NCBI GenBank assembly: GCA_963677485.1
Contig: OY781964.1
Span: forward strand, 4,640,001 to 4,704,000
From: Armatimonadota bacterium
GTDB lineage: Bacteria > Armatimonadota > HRBIN16
DNA length: 64,000 nt
Reading direction: 5' to 3'
This document shows positions 19,119 through 28,983 of this stretch, in pieces. The translations under genes were made by a program, and so were the position numbers. Numbering within the stretch: the stretch's first letter is position 1; each line of letters opens with the position of its first letter. The notes beneath the pieces are model-generated. The model was not told where the DNA came from, did no database searches, and worked only from the letters and a program-made list of their open reading frames with translations.

Positions 19119-21519
19119 AGTGGTCGTGGCTTTGTGTGTATGGTTGTCAATAGCCATCGTCACTTGTGCTCAAGGTATAGATTCCGTTGCCCCTTCGAAA
19201 ACAACACCTGCTGCTGTCGTCACTAATCCTATATTAGGCAAGATCGGCGACGAATGCCGCACAGCCTCAAACGTCATCGCACTGAATCCCGGAAACATGG
19301 CTTTATTGACATATAGCACGGTCTGTGATGCCATCGGCACTGCGTTATCACCCAATTCTGAGCCCCTTCAACCGAATGCCATTCAGGCACCGGCACCACC
19401 AGCCGCAAAGAACATCGAAATCAAGAGCTTCAAGAGCCTTAACATCACCCCAGATAACAAACTGGATGCCACCGGCATCGTGGCATTATGGCGTGAGCAC
19501 ACCATCAAAGCGGACAAAGTCACCGGCGACACACACCAACGGGAATATACATTTAATGGCGGTGTCGATGTCAGTGCTGAAGGCCTAAGCCTTAAATCCG
19601 ATGACTTAACCATCAACACTCGTTATCGTGACTGGAGTTCCACGGGTGCGCACGGATCTGCCTCGCCACAGTATATGGAGACGGATATCATCAAGGAAAA
19701 TCTGCTGTTCAAAGGCGCCACTATGAAGGGTGACGAACGGACTGCCCATCTGAGTGCCTGCTTACTCACAACTTGTGACCGTGATCATCCCCATTATGTC
19801 ATCGACTCCGCCTATACCGACATCATCAAAGGTAAAAGCTTGACTCTCCGGGACCTTCGGATCAGGCTGTGGGGAAGAACTCTGGTAAAGGTACCAAAGT
19901 TAGTGATCCCGCTGGACCGCGAATATGACCCGGACTACATACCCCAAGTGGGCAACACCCCCGACGAAGGCTATTTTGTAAAAATGGCTTTAGGATATTC
20001 GTTGATACAGCAAGAGGGTAAGGCACTTGTGCAACTCATGCAAAAGAAGGGTGTTGGCATTGGATTTGACCAGCCATACGAGTTCGGTAAAAACAAAGGT
20101 ACGCTCTCGGTATTCGGCCTGATCAACCAGGCCCAGAGTTCCAAATACATCACAGCTTCGTTGCAGCACACCACACAACTTTTTGGATTGAACACGCAGA
20201 TCACTGGCGACCTGCGCCAAAACAGCTACATGTTAGGAAACGACAGCAGCAGTAACCTCTCGTTGAACCTGGACAGATCGACACGCGGCACGGAATTTCG
20301 GAGCAGCATCCGTTACGGCAGCCAAAACTCGGATTATTACGATAGTAACTCTTACGCCCAGTCATTGGCTTACGGATTCCGTTGGGGCAGACAGTCGCTT
20401 CGGTTCTCCACAGACTACACCAAAACGGACAACTCCTACGGGTCGGGGAGCTCTTCCAGTAGTGAGCGGCTGACGGGTGGTATCGACGGCAGCGGTACCC
20501 TGGGCTCATTTGATTGGGGACTGGCGGTCAACCGGTTTTTCCCCATGGGCGATGACCAAAACAGCGTGATTTACGGTGGTCTCGAAAAGCTGCCAGAGCT
20601 GAGCTTCCGCACCGACTCGATGAAGCTATGGAAACAACAAAGCGGTTTGACGTTCAAGACTGTCTTGGGGCGGTACTCCCAGATGCAAAACGGGGACCAG
20701 ATCAACAGAGCGATGGTTGAAGCTGCTTGGAACCCCAGATGGGGGACCGGTACTGGTATAAACTACACCGCCTCCAGCCTGTTCCGTCAGATCATCAGCA
20801 GCGACAACACCGCACAGTATGTGCTGCAGGGTAGTTTTGGGGTGACAAAGCCCATTAAAGAGGGGCTTGCTTGGAGGGTGAACTACCAATACACCAGGCC
20901 ATACGGCTATAGCCCATTGACGCTGGACTATACCGGCAAGAGCAGTTATGCCACGGTGGGTATGGAATATAGTGTGGCTGATCGTATTAAGATCCGCGCA
21001 GGAAGCGGCTATGACTTCTTTGCAGAACTGCGTCAGAGTCAGCCATGGCAGCCTTTGGCATTCGAGGCGATGTGGAAGCCGTCATCGGCCTCACAGATCG
21101 CGGTTTCGAGCAGTCTTGACCCCAATAGCGGCCGGTGGGATAGCATGCGCACCATATTGCGGTACCAAAGCGCGAAGTTCAGCACGAACGTCAGCGCGTT
21201 ATACAATCCGCTGACCAATCAACTGGCTACCGGCAACGCCTATGTGGAAACTTCATTGTTCAACGGCGGCTGGCGGGTAAGTGGATTGCTGAACTACAAT
21301 GGGTACCTCGATCAGTTCGACAGCCAGCAATACCAGATTGTTCGTGACATGCACTGTATGGAAGCCGTGATCAGCATGACAGACATCCAGACCGGCTTCA
21401 CCGTGGGCAAGCAGTGGATGTTCCAACTGCGCCTGAAGGCCTTAGGACGGACACCGAAATTGGGTAAGGGCAGCTATGGAGAAAGCCTGATGAGCAGCGG
21501 AGGCGGCCTCGGTTACTGA
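19108..21519 (+). CDS. LptD-like outer-membrane beta-barrel (paralog 2)
   Basis: Signal peptide, OstA-like N-domain, TTCDRDHPHY, LEKLPE, RDMHC; Tyr/Ser/Gly-rich barrel strands. Confidence 0.78.
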   Translation: MLHKVVVALCVWLSIAIVTCAQGIDSVAPSKTTPAAVVTNPILGKIGDECRTASNVIALNPGNMALLTYSTVCDAIGTALSPNSEPLQPNAIQAPAPPAAKNIEIKSFKSLNITPDNKLDATGIVALWREHTIKADKVTGDTHQREYTFNGGVDVSAEGLSLKSDDLTINTRYRDWSSTGAHGSASPQYMETDIIKENLLFKGATMKGDERTAHLSACLLTTCDRDHPHYVIDSAYTDIIKGKSLTLRDLRIRLWGRTLVKVPKLVIPLDREYDPDYIPQVGNTPDEGYFVKMALGYSLIQQEGKALVQLMQKKGVGIGFDQPYEFGKNKGTLSVFGLINQAQSSKYITASLQHTTQLFGLNTQITGDLRQNSYMLGNDSSSNLSLNLDRSTRGTEFRSSIRYGSQNSDYYDSNSYAQSLAYGFRWGRQSLRFSTDYTKTDNSYGSGSSSSSERLTGGIDGSGTLGSFDWGLAVNRFFPMGDDQNSVIYGGLEKLPELSFRTDSMKLWKQQSGLTFKTVLGRYSQMQNGDQINRAMVEAAWNPRWGTGTGINYTASSLFRQIISSDNTAQYVLQGSFGVTKPIKEGLAWRVNYQYTRPYGYSPLTLDYTGKSSYATVGMEYSVADRIKIRAGSGYDFFAELRQSQPWQPLAFEAMWKPSSASQIAVSSSLDPNSGRWDSMRTILRYQSAKFSTNVSALYNPLTNQLATGNAYVETSLFNGGWRVSGLLNYNGYLDQFDSQQYQIVRDMHCMEAVISMTDIQTGFTVGKQWMFQLRLKALGRTPKLGKGSYGESLMSSGGGLGY

Positions 21520-24500
21520 AGCCACACCCTGTTGGGTCCCATGATTTTAGAGATGGCCTCTGTGATGTCAGTTTCCAGATTAACTCTCATTCGCGACCGA
21601 ACCTTCACTTCACGGTTGTTTTTCAGCACATGCACAATGATCGGACTGTCGCCCTGGTAACAATCCAACAGGCTCTTGATGGTGTTGAGCATGGGACGAT
21701 GCAGATCCTCAACCAGCCGTAGATGAAGTGTCTTGTTGACCAGGCTTTCGTGACGGGTGACGGTGTCGGTGCCCGGGGCTGACCGATCGGTGAGCGCACT
21801 TGCCGAATCGCAGTGGATTTCCGCTACCGGCTTTGGGGCATCGCCGTCCTCTGTGTCCTCAGACTTCACAACCTGGTCGCGGTATTTCACTTTCCCCTTG
21901 ATGATCACCAGTTTATCCTGACCGATCTCGTTCGCAACTCGTTCGTAGACAAACGGGAAGACGGTCACCTGAATGCTGCTTGTCAAGTCCTCCAGCATGA
22001 AGCTGGCCATGTTTTTGCCGGTGCTGGTTAATATCTTCCGGTAGTTGGTGATGATGCCCGCCAGGGTGACTTCAGTGCCTTGCTCCATTTCCCGGGCGGT
22101 GACGCAGGGTGTCGCCCGGACCGCTCTGATCGCCAGTTCAAGGTGCTTCAGCGGGTGGTCGGTGAGATACATGCCCAAAGCGGACTTTTCATACGCCATT
22201 TTGACTTCACGCGAGGTATCTGGCACATCGGGCATGGCAGGGGCTTGAACCTCATCAGCCTGAGCATCGTCGCCAAACAGGTTGCCTTGCCCGGTCTCCT
22301 GGTCTTTTGCCAGCCGGATCGCCAGGTTCCACGTCGCGTCCAGTGCCGCTTGACAGGCTGCACGATTCTCGTGGATGCTGGTGAAGGCTCCAACTTGGAT
22401 CAGTGTTTCGACAACACCTTTACCGATCGCTCCATTGGCAGCGACCACCCGCTTGCAGAAGTCCAGCAGCGAAGCAAATGGGATATCGCCTCTTGCCTCG
22501 AGGATCGTCTCAACTGCGGCTCGTCCTACGTTCTTGATCGCCGAGAGCCCGAATAGAATCTTGCCCTCTGAGGTCACGAAGTCGATGTCGCTGGCGTTGA
22601 TGTCTGGCGGGCAGACCTCGATACCACGCTTACGGCATTCATCCACGTATTGGATGACCTTGTCCTCTTTTTCCATGAACACGGACATCGAGGCTGCGAA
22701 ATACTCTACGGGGTAATTCGCCTTGAGCCAGGCGGTCTGGTAGGCCACAATGGCGTAACACACGGCGTGGGCCTTGTTGAAGGCATATCCGGCGAAGGGC
22801 TCGATCAAAGTGTAAATCTCGGAGGCCTTTTTCTCGGACACCCCGTTGTTGATGGCGCCTTCCATGAACTGGGCACGCATTTTGTCAATGATCTCGCGGT
22901 TCTTCTTACCCATGGCCTTGCGCATGATATCGGCCTGGCCCAGGCTGAAGCCTGCGATGGCGCGTACGATCATCATGACTTGGTCCTGATACACGATGAC
23001 GCCGTATGTCTCCGCTAGAATCGGCTCCATCTTCGGATGCGGGTAGACAATGGGGTCGATCCCGAATTTTTGCCGAATATACCTTGGGATGTGCTCCAAT
23101 GGCCCAGGGCGATAGAGTGCGATCATAGCGGCGAGTTCCTGCACTTTGTTGGGTTTCAGCTCACGGATGTTCTTCCGCATCCCCTCGGATTCCAACTGAA
23201 AGACGCCAGAGGTGTCGCCCTCGCCCAGCATATCCCAAGCCTTTTGGTCATCATGGGGGATCGTGAGGATGTCAATATCTACACCGTGGTTACGCTTGAC
23301 GGCCGCGACAGCCTTACCGAGAACACCCAGGTTGGCCAGACCAAGGAAGTCCATCTTCAAAAGGCCGATATGTTCCAGCTCATTCATCTGGAACTGGGTG
23401 ATCTGTTCACCCTCTTTACCTTTGAATAGCGGCACGTGCTCCGCCAGTGGCTCAGAACAGATCAACACACCAGCAGCGTGAACACTGAGGTGGCGCGCGA
23501 CACCCTCAATCCGTTTCGCAACTTCCATCACCTGGTTCAGCTCAGGGAAATCCAGCAGCACCTGCTTCATGTCGGCTGTTTCAAGGGCGGACTGCAAGCT
23601 GACGTTGGGCAGTGCTGGCACCGCCTTGGCTGCCTTATCGATGGTCGATGGGGCTATCTCTAGAACTTTGCCGATGTCGCGGATGGCGGTCTTCGCCCCG
23701 ATGGTTCCGAAGGTGCCGATCTGCGACACGTGGTCTTCGCCGTACTTCTCACGGACATATTCGATCACTTCGCCGCGGCGGGTGTCCTCAAAGTCCATGT
23801 CGATATCTGGCATTGAGACGCGTTCCGGGTTGAGGAAGCGTTCAAAAGTAAGGCCGTAGTAGAGTGGGTCCACATCGGTAATGCCGATACAATAGCTGAC
23901 CATACTGCCGGCGGCCGATCCACGGACGCCGTAATAGATGCCTTTGTCGCGTGAATAGATCGCAAAGTCCCGTACGATCAAGAAATACATCGGGTATCCA
24001 GTCTGTTCGATCACGCTAAGCTCGTATTCCAGCCGCGTCTTGGCCTCATCGGTGATCACAGGATATCGGGCATACATGCCCTCGACTGCCAGTTTTCGCA
24101 GATATCCCGCTCCGTCACCGTTGGGAACACCGGGGTCGGGAAGGTGAACACGCGAAAAGTCCATCTGCAGGTCGACCATATCGGCGATGCGGGATGTGTT
24201 CTCAATCGCCTCTGGGATATCAGCAAACAGGGCTGACATCTCATCGGCACTCTTGACATAGAACTCCTGGGATCCGTAGCGCATACGGTCGGAATCGGAA
24301 AAGACCTTGTTCGTCTGAATACACAGCATCACTTCATGGGCGTAGGCATCATCAGCTTTCAGGTAGTGGCAGTCATTGGCCGCCACCATGCCGGTTTTGG
24401 TGTCTTTCGCGAGCTGAATCAGGCCTTCACGGATTCGTGCTTGTTCGGGAAGGTTGTGATCCTGTATCTCAATGAAGTAATTCTCTTTACCGAACACACC

Positions 24501-25001
24501 CTTGTAGAAATCCACGGTGCGCAGAGCTTTAGCCATGTCACCAGCCAGAAGGGCGGAGGCGACCTCACCGCTGAGGCAAGCGGAGTTACAGATGATACCC
24601 TCGCCATACTGCTCCAGCAGCTCGTGGTCGATACGGGGTTTATAATAGAAGCCTTGCATCCATGAGATTGAGCACAGCTTCATCAGGTTCTTGTATCCGG
24701 TGAGGTTTTTGGCCAGCAGTATCAGGTGGTAGTTGCGTTGGTCTGTCTGGGCCTCTTTGTCCGTATGCCTTCGTGACGCCACATAGAACTCACATCCGAT
24801 GATGGGTTTGATCGGCGTGCCGCTGCCTTTGGTGCATTGTTCGTAGAACTGCACCGCGCCTGCCATGCTGCCGTGGTCGGTGATAGCCAGGGCTGGCATC
24901 CCCAGTTCACGTGCGCGTGCCAGCAGCGGTTTGATCTTATTTGCACCATCCAAAAGGCTGAAATCCGTATGGGTATGAAGATGGACAAACTGGTTGGGCA
25001 C
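21513..25001 (-). CDS. dnaE: DNA polymerase III alpha subunit
   Basis: FVHLHTHTDFSLLDG PHP domain, RGSAAGS, PDIDMDF, KMDFLGL, YAFNKAH, OB fold; no intein. Confidence 0.98.
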   Translation of the reverse strand: MPNQFVHLHTHTDFSLLDGANKIKPLLARARELGMPALAITDHGSMAGAVQFYEQCTKGSGTPIKPIIGCEFYVASRRHTDKEAQTDQRNYHLILLAKNLTGYKNLMKLCSISWMQGFYYKPRIDHELLEQYGEGIICNSACLSGEVASALLAGDMAKALRTVDFYKGVFGKENYFIEIQDHNLPEQARIREGLIQLAKDTKTGMVAANDCHYLKADDAYAHEVMLCIQTNKVFSDSDRMRYGSQEFYVKSADEMSALFADIPEAIENTSRIADMVDLQMDFSRVHLPDPGVPNGDGAGYLRKLAVEGMYARYPVITDEAKTRLEYELSVIEQTGYPMYFLIVRDFAIYSRDKGIYYGVRGSAAGSMVSYCIGITDVDPLYYGLTFERFLNPERVSMPDIDMDFEDTRRGEVIEYVREKYGEDHVSQIGTFGTIGAKTAIRDIGKVLEIAPSTIDKAAKAVPALPNVSLQSALETADMKQVLLDFPELNQVMEVAKRIEGVARHLSVHAAGVLICSEPLAEHVPLFKGKEGEQITQFQMNELEHIGLLKMDFLGLANLGVLGKAVAAVKRNHGVDIDILTIPHDDQKAWDMLGEGDTSGVFQLESEGMRKNIRELKPNKVQELAAMIALYRPGPLEHIPRYIRQKFGIDPIVYPHPKMEPILAETYGVIVYQDQVMMIVRAIAGFSLGQADIMRKAMGKKNREIIDKMRAQFMEGAINNGVSEKKASEIYTLIEPFAGYAFNKAHAVCYAIVAYQTAWLKANYPVEYFAASMSVFMEKEDKVIQYVDECRKRGIEVCPPDINASDIDFVTSEGKILFGLSAIKNVGRAAVETILEARGDIPFASLLDFCKRVVAANGAIGKGVVETLIQVGAFTSIHENRAACQAALDATWNLAIRLAKDQETGQGNLFGDDAQADEVQAPAMPDVPDTSREVKMAYEKSALGMYLTDHPLKHLELAIRAVRATPCVTAREMEQGTEVTLAGIITNYRKILTSTGKNMASFMLEDLTSSIQVTVFPFVYERVANEIGQDKLVIIKGKVKYRDQVVKSEDTEDGDAPKPVAEIHCDSASALTDRSAPGTDTVTRHESLVNKTLHLRLVEDLHRPMLNTIKSLLDCYQGDSPIIVHVLKNNREVKVRSRMRVNLETDITEAISKIMGPNRVWLQ

Positions 25002-25072
25002 GTATGAACTCCAGGGATATTTAACAGTTGGGACATCTCATTTTACATCAGTTAGGGTTCGGTGCGATTCTC

Positions 25073-25260
25073 ATCCACAGATTACACAGATTGCGCAGAT
25101 TAGGTCTGGAATGGCTATGTCCGCGCCGTTTTGTTGGTGCGACAGCAGTTAGGGAACATAACGCAAAGACGCAGAGGGGTAAAGGACGCAAAGTGCGCGG
25201 ATGGTGGATCCTTGCACCGTCCGTTCCGTGCAATTCGCGTCATCCGTGTAATCCGTGGTT
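25073..25260. repeat. Intergenic imperfect inverted repeat built from ~9-bp subunits
   Basis: ATCCACAGATTACACAGATTGCGCAGATT (25073-25101) versus the reverse complement of 25232-25260, AACCACGGATTACACGGATGACGCGAATT; internal ACGCA(A/G)AG repeats at 25160-25193. Confidence 0.7.
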
Positions 25261-25402
25261 CAGACAATACTCGGTCCGTCTAGCAGTAAGTCCGCCTCCT
25301 CCGGGTTCAGGCAAACAGGCTACAGTTGTTTAATTCCTCGCCAACGGATACCATGAATATGTAGCCGCGACACCTAACTACCATCTCGATACGTGAGGAA
25401 TA

Positions 25403-26866
25403 ATGGCTTTACCAACCTCTCACAGCTCCGACCATCCGCATGAAGAGTGCGGGGTCTTTGGCATCTTCGCTCCAGGGGAAGATGTATCTCGCATCACATT
25501 TTTTGGGCTCTACGCCCTACAACACCGCGGACAGGAAAGTGCCGGAATCGCCGTCGCCGATGGGAAATCGCTGAAATGTCATAAAGACACTGGCCTTGTA
25601 TCTCTTGTCTTTGATGAAGACATTTTACAGGACCTGAGGGGCCATATCGCCATCGGGCATACACGGTATAGCACTACTGGGTCCAACACACAACGTAACG
25701 CACAGCCTGTCATTTGCGAAACCTCACTGGGCAAAATCGCTGTGGCTCACAACGGCAACCTCATCAATACCCGTGTACTCCGTCACGAACTCACCCAAAA
25801 AGGTGTGGTTTTTGAGGGAACCAACGATAGTGAGATCATTGCGCGCATCTTTGCGCTGGAACTAGAAGCACGCCGCGATCCAGTGAAAGCCCTCCGCGCC
25901 ACGATGCAGCGTGTGGTCGGAGCCTATAGCCTGGTGGTGATGGGCAACGACTTCCTGCTGGCCTGCCGTGACCCATACGGTCTGCGTCCTTTATGCCTGG
26001 GCACCATCAATGGTCACTACCTCGTCTGCTCAGAAACCTGCGCCATCAATGTGGTGGCAGGCAAGTTCGTCCGGGAGATCGCTCCTGGTGAACTGATCCT
26101 TCTGAACGAAGAGGGGATCACTGCGCGGGACGGCGTTCCTATGGTTCGCCACGCACTCTGTGCCTTTGAGACCATCTATTTTGCGCGCCCGGACAGCCAG
26201 ATATACGGCCGCACCCTTCATGGGGTTCGCCGTAACTTTGGCAAGCAGCTTGCCATCGAGCACGCCGTAGATGCCGATGTGGTGATTCCAATCCCAGACA
26301 CCGGCACTCCCGGTGCGCTGGGATACAGCCTGCAAAGCGGCATTCCCTACGGCGAAGGCTTGATTAAGAACCGCTATATCCATCGGACCTTTATCCAGCC
26401 CGACCAGCGTATGAGGGAACTTGGCGTGAAAGTCAAGTTGAATCCTCTGGCTGAAGTAATTAAAGACAAGCGCGTCATCATGGTCGATGACAGCATCGTG
26501 CGAGGAACCACCACACGCAAACTGGTGAAAATGCTGTTCGAAGAGGGTGCCCGCGAGGTACACGTACGCATCACCTCGCCACCCGTCATGCATCCATGTT
26601 ATTACGGCATTGATATGGCCACAAGCGGGGAGCTCATCGCCGCGAACTACACAGTAGAAGAGATCAGGCATAAGATCGGTGCGACATCATTAGGTTATCT
26701 GAGCATCGACGGCTTGATGGAAGCATTGCGCATGACCTCGGACAACTACTGCCTGGCCTGCTTCAACGGTGAGTATCCGATCCATGTTCCTGAAGAGCTT
26801 CGTATGAACAAGCTGCAGTTCGAGGAAGTAGCCGTTTGCGGTGCTCCTGAAGCCCAGACACCTTGA
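25403..26866 (+). CDS. purF: Amidophosphoribosyltransferase
   Basis: Propeptide then CGVFG, LQHRGQESAG, GHTRYST, HNGN, VDDSIVRGTT. Confidence 0.98.
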   Translation: MALPTSHSSDHPHEECGVFGIFAPGEDVSRITFFGLYALQHRGQESAGIAVADGKSLKCHKDTGLVSLVFDEDILQDLRGHIAIGHTRYSTTGSNTQRNAQPVICETSLGKIAVAHNGNLINTRVLRHELTQKGVVFEGTNDSEIIARIFALELEARRDPVKALRATMQRVVGAYSLVVMGNDFLLACRDPYGLRPLCLGTINGHYLVCSETCAINVVAGKFVREIAPGELILLNEEGITARDGVPMVRHALCAFETIYFARPDSQIYGRTLHGVRRNFGKQLAIEHAVDADVVIPIPDTGTPGALGYSLQSGIPYGEGLIKNRYIHRTFIQPDQRMRELGVKVKLNPLAEVIKDKRVIMVDDSIVRGTTTRKLVKMLFEEGAREVHVRITSPPVMHPCYYGIDMATSGELIAANYTVEEIRHKIGATSLGYLSIDGLMEALRMTSDNYCLACFNGEYPIHVPEELRMNKLQFEEVAVCGAPEAQTP

Positions 26867-26882
26867 CGATCTGAAGGACAGA

Positions 26883-27362
26883 ATGAGTTTTCAGATCATC
26901 GCGAAGACTGCGTCACAAATGGTTGAGCTAGGTAAAAGCCTGGCTCAACTTTTGCAGGCAGGGGATGTGGTGGTGTTGACCGGCTCACTGGGGGCTGGCA
27001 AGACCACTTTCGTGCAGGGTCTGGCACAAGGGCTGGGGATTGATCACCCGGTGCAGAGTCCCACTTTCACGCTCATCAATGAGCACTTCGGACGCCTCCC
27101 ACTGTATCACATGGATGTCTACCGTCTGTCCGGTGACGCGGATGCGCTTGATCTTGGCCTGTCAGAATACATCACCGGTGACGGCGTGTGCGTGCTCGAA
27201 TGGGCGGAGCGGATTGAGGACGCATTGCCAGATGATCTGCTGCAGCTTGTGATCGAGACGCAGCCAGATGATAGTCGCGTGATCCGCGTGCTGGAATACG
27301 GTGTCCGATCTGCCGAAATTGCCCATGGATGGGAGAAATCGCTTGAATCTGCTATCGATTGA
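26883..27362 (+). CDS. tsaE: tRNA t6A biosynthesis ATPase TsaE
   Basis: GSLGAGKTT, SPTFTL, HMDVYRL, EWAE. Confidence 0.95.
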   Translation: MSFQIIAKTASQMVELGKSLAQLLQAGDVVVLTGSLGAGKTTFVQGLAQGLGIDHPVQSPTFTLINEHFGRLPLYHMDVYRLSGDADALDLGLSEYITGDGVCVLEWAERIEDALPDDLLQLVIETQPDDSRVIRVLEYGVRSAEIAHGWEKSLESAID

Positions 27363-28056
27363 AACCTCCGCCGATGTGTGCAGCATGGCCATCACCAGCG
27401 ATCACAAGACGCTGGCGGTGACCAAATGGTCGCACAACATGCAGTTGTCCACCAGGCTTCACAGCATTTTAGATCAGCTTTTCGGCATTGCTCAAATATT
27501 ACCAGACGCAATCGACGGGTATGCGATCGGACTGGGGCCTGGCTCCTTCACAGGCACACGCGTGGCGGTGGTGATGGGTAAAACGCTCTCTGTCGCTACA
27601 GGCAAGCCGCTGTACGGGGTGGATTCGCTGGAGATGATGGCCCATAGTGCATTGAATGCCAACTCAGGCTCGTTCATACTGTCGTTACTTCAGGCACGGG
27701 TTGGCGAGGTCTATGCTGCTGGTTACCAGGATGACCAACTGCCGGGGCATCTCGCGACGGTGATGGAGCCAAGTGTGCATACGGCTGACTCTTTACGCGA
27801 TGTCATGACTCAACATGATAAGCCCATCATGGTCGTCGGCCAATTACCGGAAGGCTTTGAATGGCTGCGTGAGCTCCCGCATTTCAAGGCATTTTGTCCC
27901 AGCAAACCTGACGCAGAGCTGCTGGCTGCGATATCATATAAACAGGCACTCGATGGTAAACCGTTGGATGCGCTGCTTCAGATGCCCTGTTATGTGAAAC
28001 AGGCATCGATCACGGTCTCAAAGAGGCGTCTAGTCAACCCATTCGCCCCGAATTAA
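27343..28056 (+). CDS. tsaB: tRNA t6A biosynthesis protein TsaB
   Basis: LSIETS, GPGSFTGTRV; TTG start after GGGAGA. Confidence 0.93.
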   Translation: MNLLSIETSADVCSMAITSDHKTLAVTKWSHNMQLSTRLHSILDQLFGIAQILPDAIDGYAIGLGPGSFTGTRVAVVMGKTLSVATGKPLYGVDSLEMMAHSALNANSGSFILSLLQARVGEVYAAGYQDDQLPGHLATVMEPSVHTADSLRDVMTQHDKPIMVVGQLPEGFEWLRELPHFKAFCPSKPDAELLAAISYKQALDGKPLDALLQMPCYVKQASITVSKRRLVNPFAPN

Positions 28057-28071
28057 GCTCTAAGGCGGTCT

Positions 28072-28947
28072 ATGGACCAACAATCTATCCAGGTTTTCCT
28101 GGATTACCTCACGGTGGAGCGACGGGCATCCGAGCACACCGTAGATGCATATTCACGGGATCTGCACCAGTATATTCAGTATGTGGCTAACTCTGGAGCC
28201 GAAGAAATTGAAGGCTTCATTGAACATCTGAAGATACAGAAATGTTCAGACCACACCGTGGCCCGCAAGCTAAGCGCTTTGCGGGCTTATCGTCGTTTCT
28301 CTGGAGCAGGCTCCGTCAGCGAGGAACTGATGCTGACCGATGACTGGCGCAGGCATCTGCCAGTGATACTCCCTCATGCTCTGCGGCAGGAGCAGGTCAT
28401 GGCTATACTAGAGGCGGTCACCGAAACCGGCCCGCTGGGGCTACGTGACAGGGCAATGTTTGAACTCGCCTACGCTTCGGGATTGCGGGTGTCGGAAGTG
28501 GTAGGCCTTCGGCTGCCGGAACTGGACCTGGCGGACCTATTTTGCCGTATCACGGGTAAGCGCGGAAAGACCCGCTGGGTGCCGTTTGCGGCTGTCACCG
28601 CCAGCAGACTGGACGACTACATCATGCTGGGTCGGCCCTCCTTCCTCAGACCCATCAGCGAGGACTATATATTTTTAAGCAACCGCGGGCGTCCTGTCTC
28701 GAGGAACCACTACTGGCTGCGTCTCAAAGAGGCCGCACAACGGGCTGGTGTCACAGACCATGTGTCGCCACACACACTGCGCCACTCTTTCGCACTTCAC
28801 CTTCTGGAGGGTGGGGTAGACCTTAGGGTGGTGCAGGAGTTGCTGGGTCACAGCAGCATTGCCACCACGCAAGTCTACACGCGGCTCAACATGGATCATC
28901 TTCAAAAGGTCTATGCGAGTGCGCACCCCAGAGCGAAACGGGGTTAA
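28072..28947 (+). CDS. xerD: Tyrosine recombinase XerD/XerC
   Basis: RDRAMFELAYASGLRVSE, GKRGKTR, HTLRHSFA, LLGHSSIATTQVYT, HPRA. Confidence 0.88.
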   Translation: MDQQSIQVFLDYLTVERRASEHTVDAYSRDLHQYIQYVANSGAEEIEGFIEHLKIQKCSDHTVARKLSALRAYRRFSGAGSVSEELMLTDDWRRHLPVILPHALRQEQVMAILEAVTETGPLGLRDRAMFELAYASGLRVSEVVGLRLPELDLADLFCRITGKRGKTRWVPFAAVTASRLDDYIMLGRPSFLRPISEDYIFLSNRGRPVSRNHYWLRLKEAAQRAGVTDHVSPHTLRHSFALHLLEGGVDLRVVQELLGHSSIATTQVYTRLNMDHLQKVYASAHPRAKRG

Positions 28948-28983
28948 CACCCTCACTATGCAAATTATGAAACGGATAAAGAT

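Noticed and set aside
21513-25001. Intein in dnaE
   Set aside because: Normal length (1162 aa) with no intein splice or LAGLIDADG motifs.
28072-28947. Tyrosine recombinase as an integrase of a mobile element
   Set aside because: Size and motifs fit XerD, and it sits in a housekeeping operon with no att sites or cargo.
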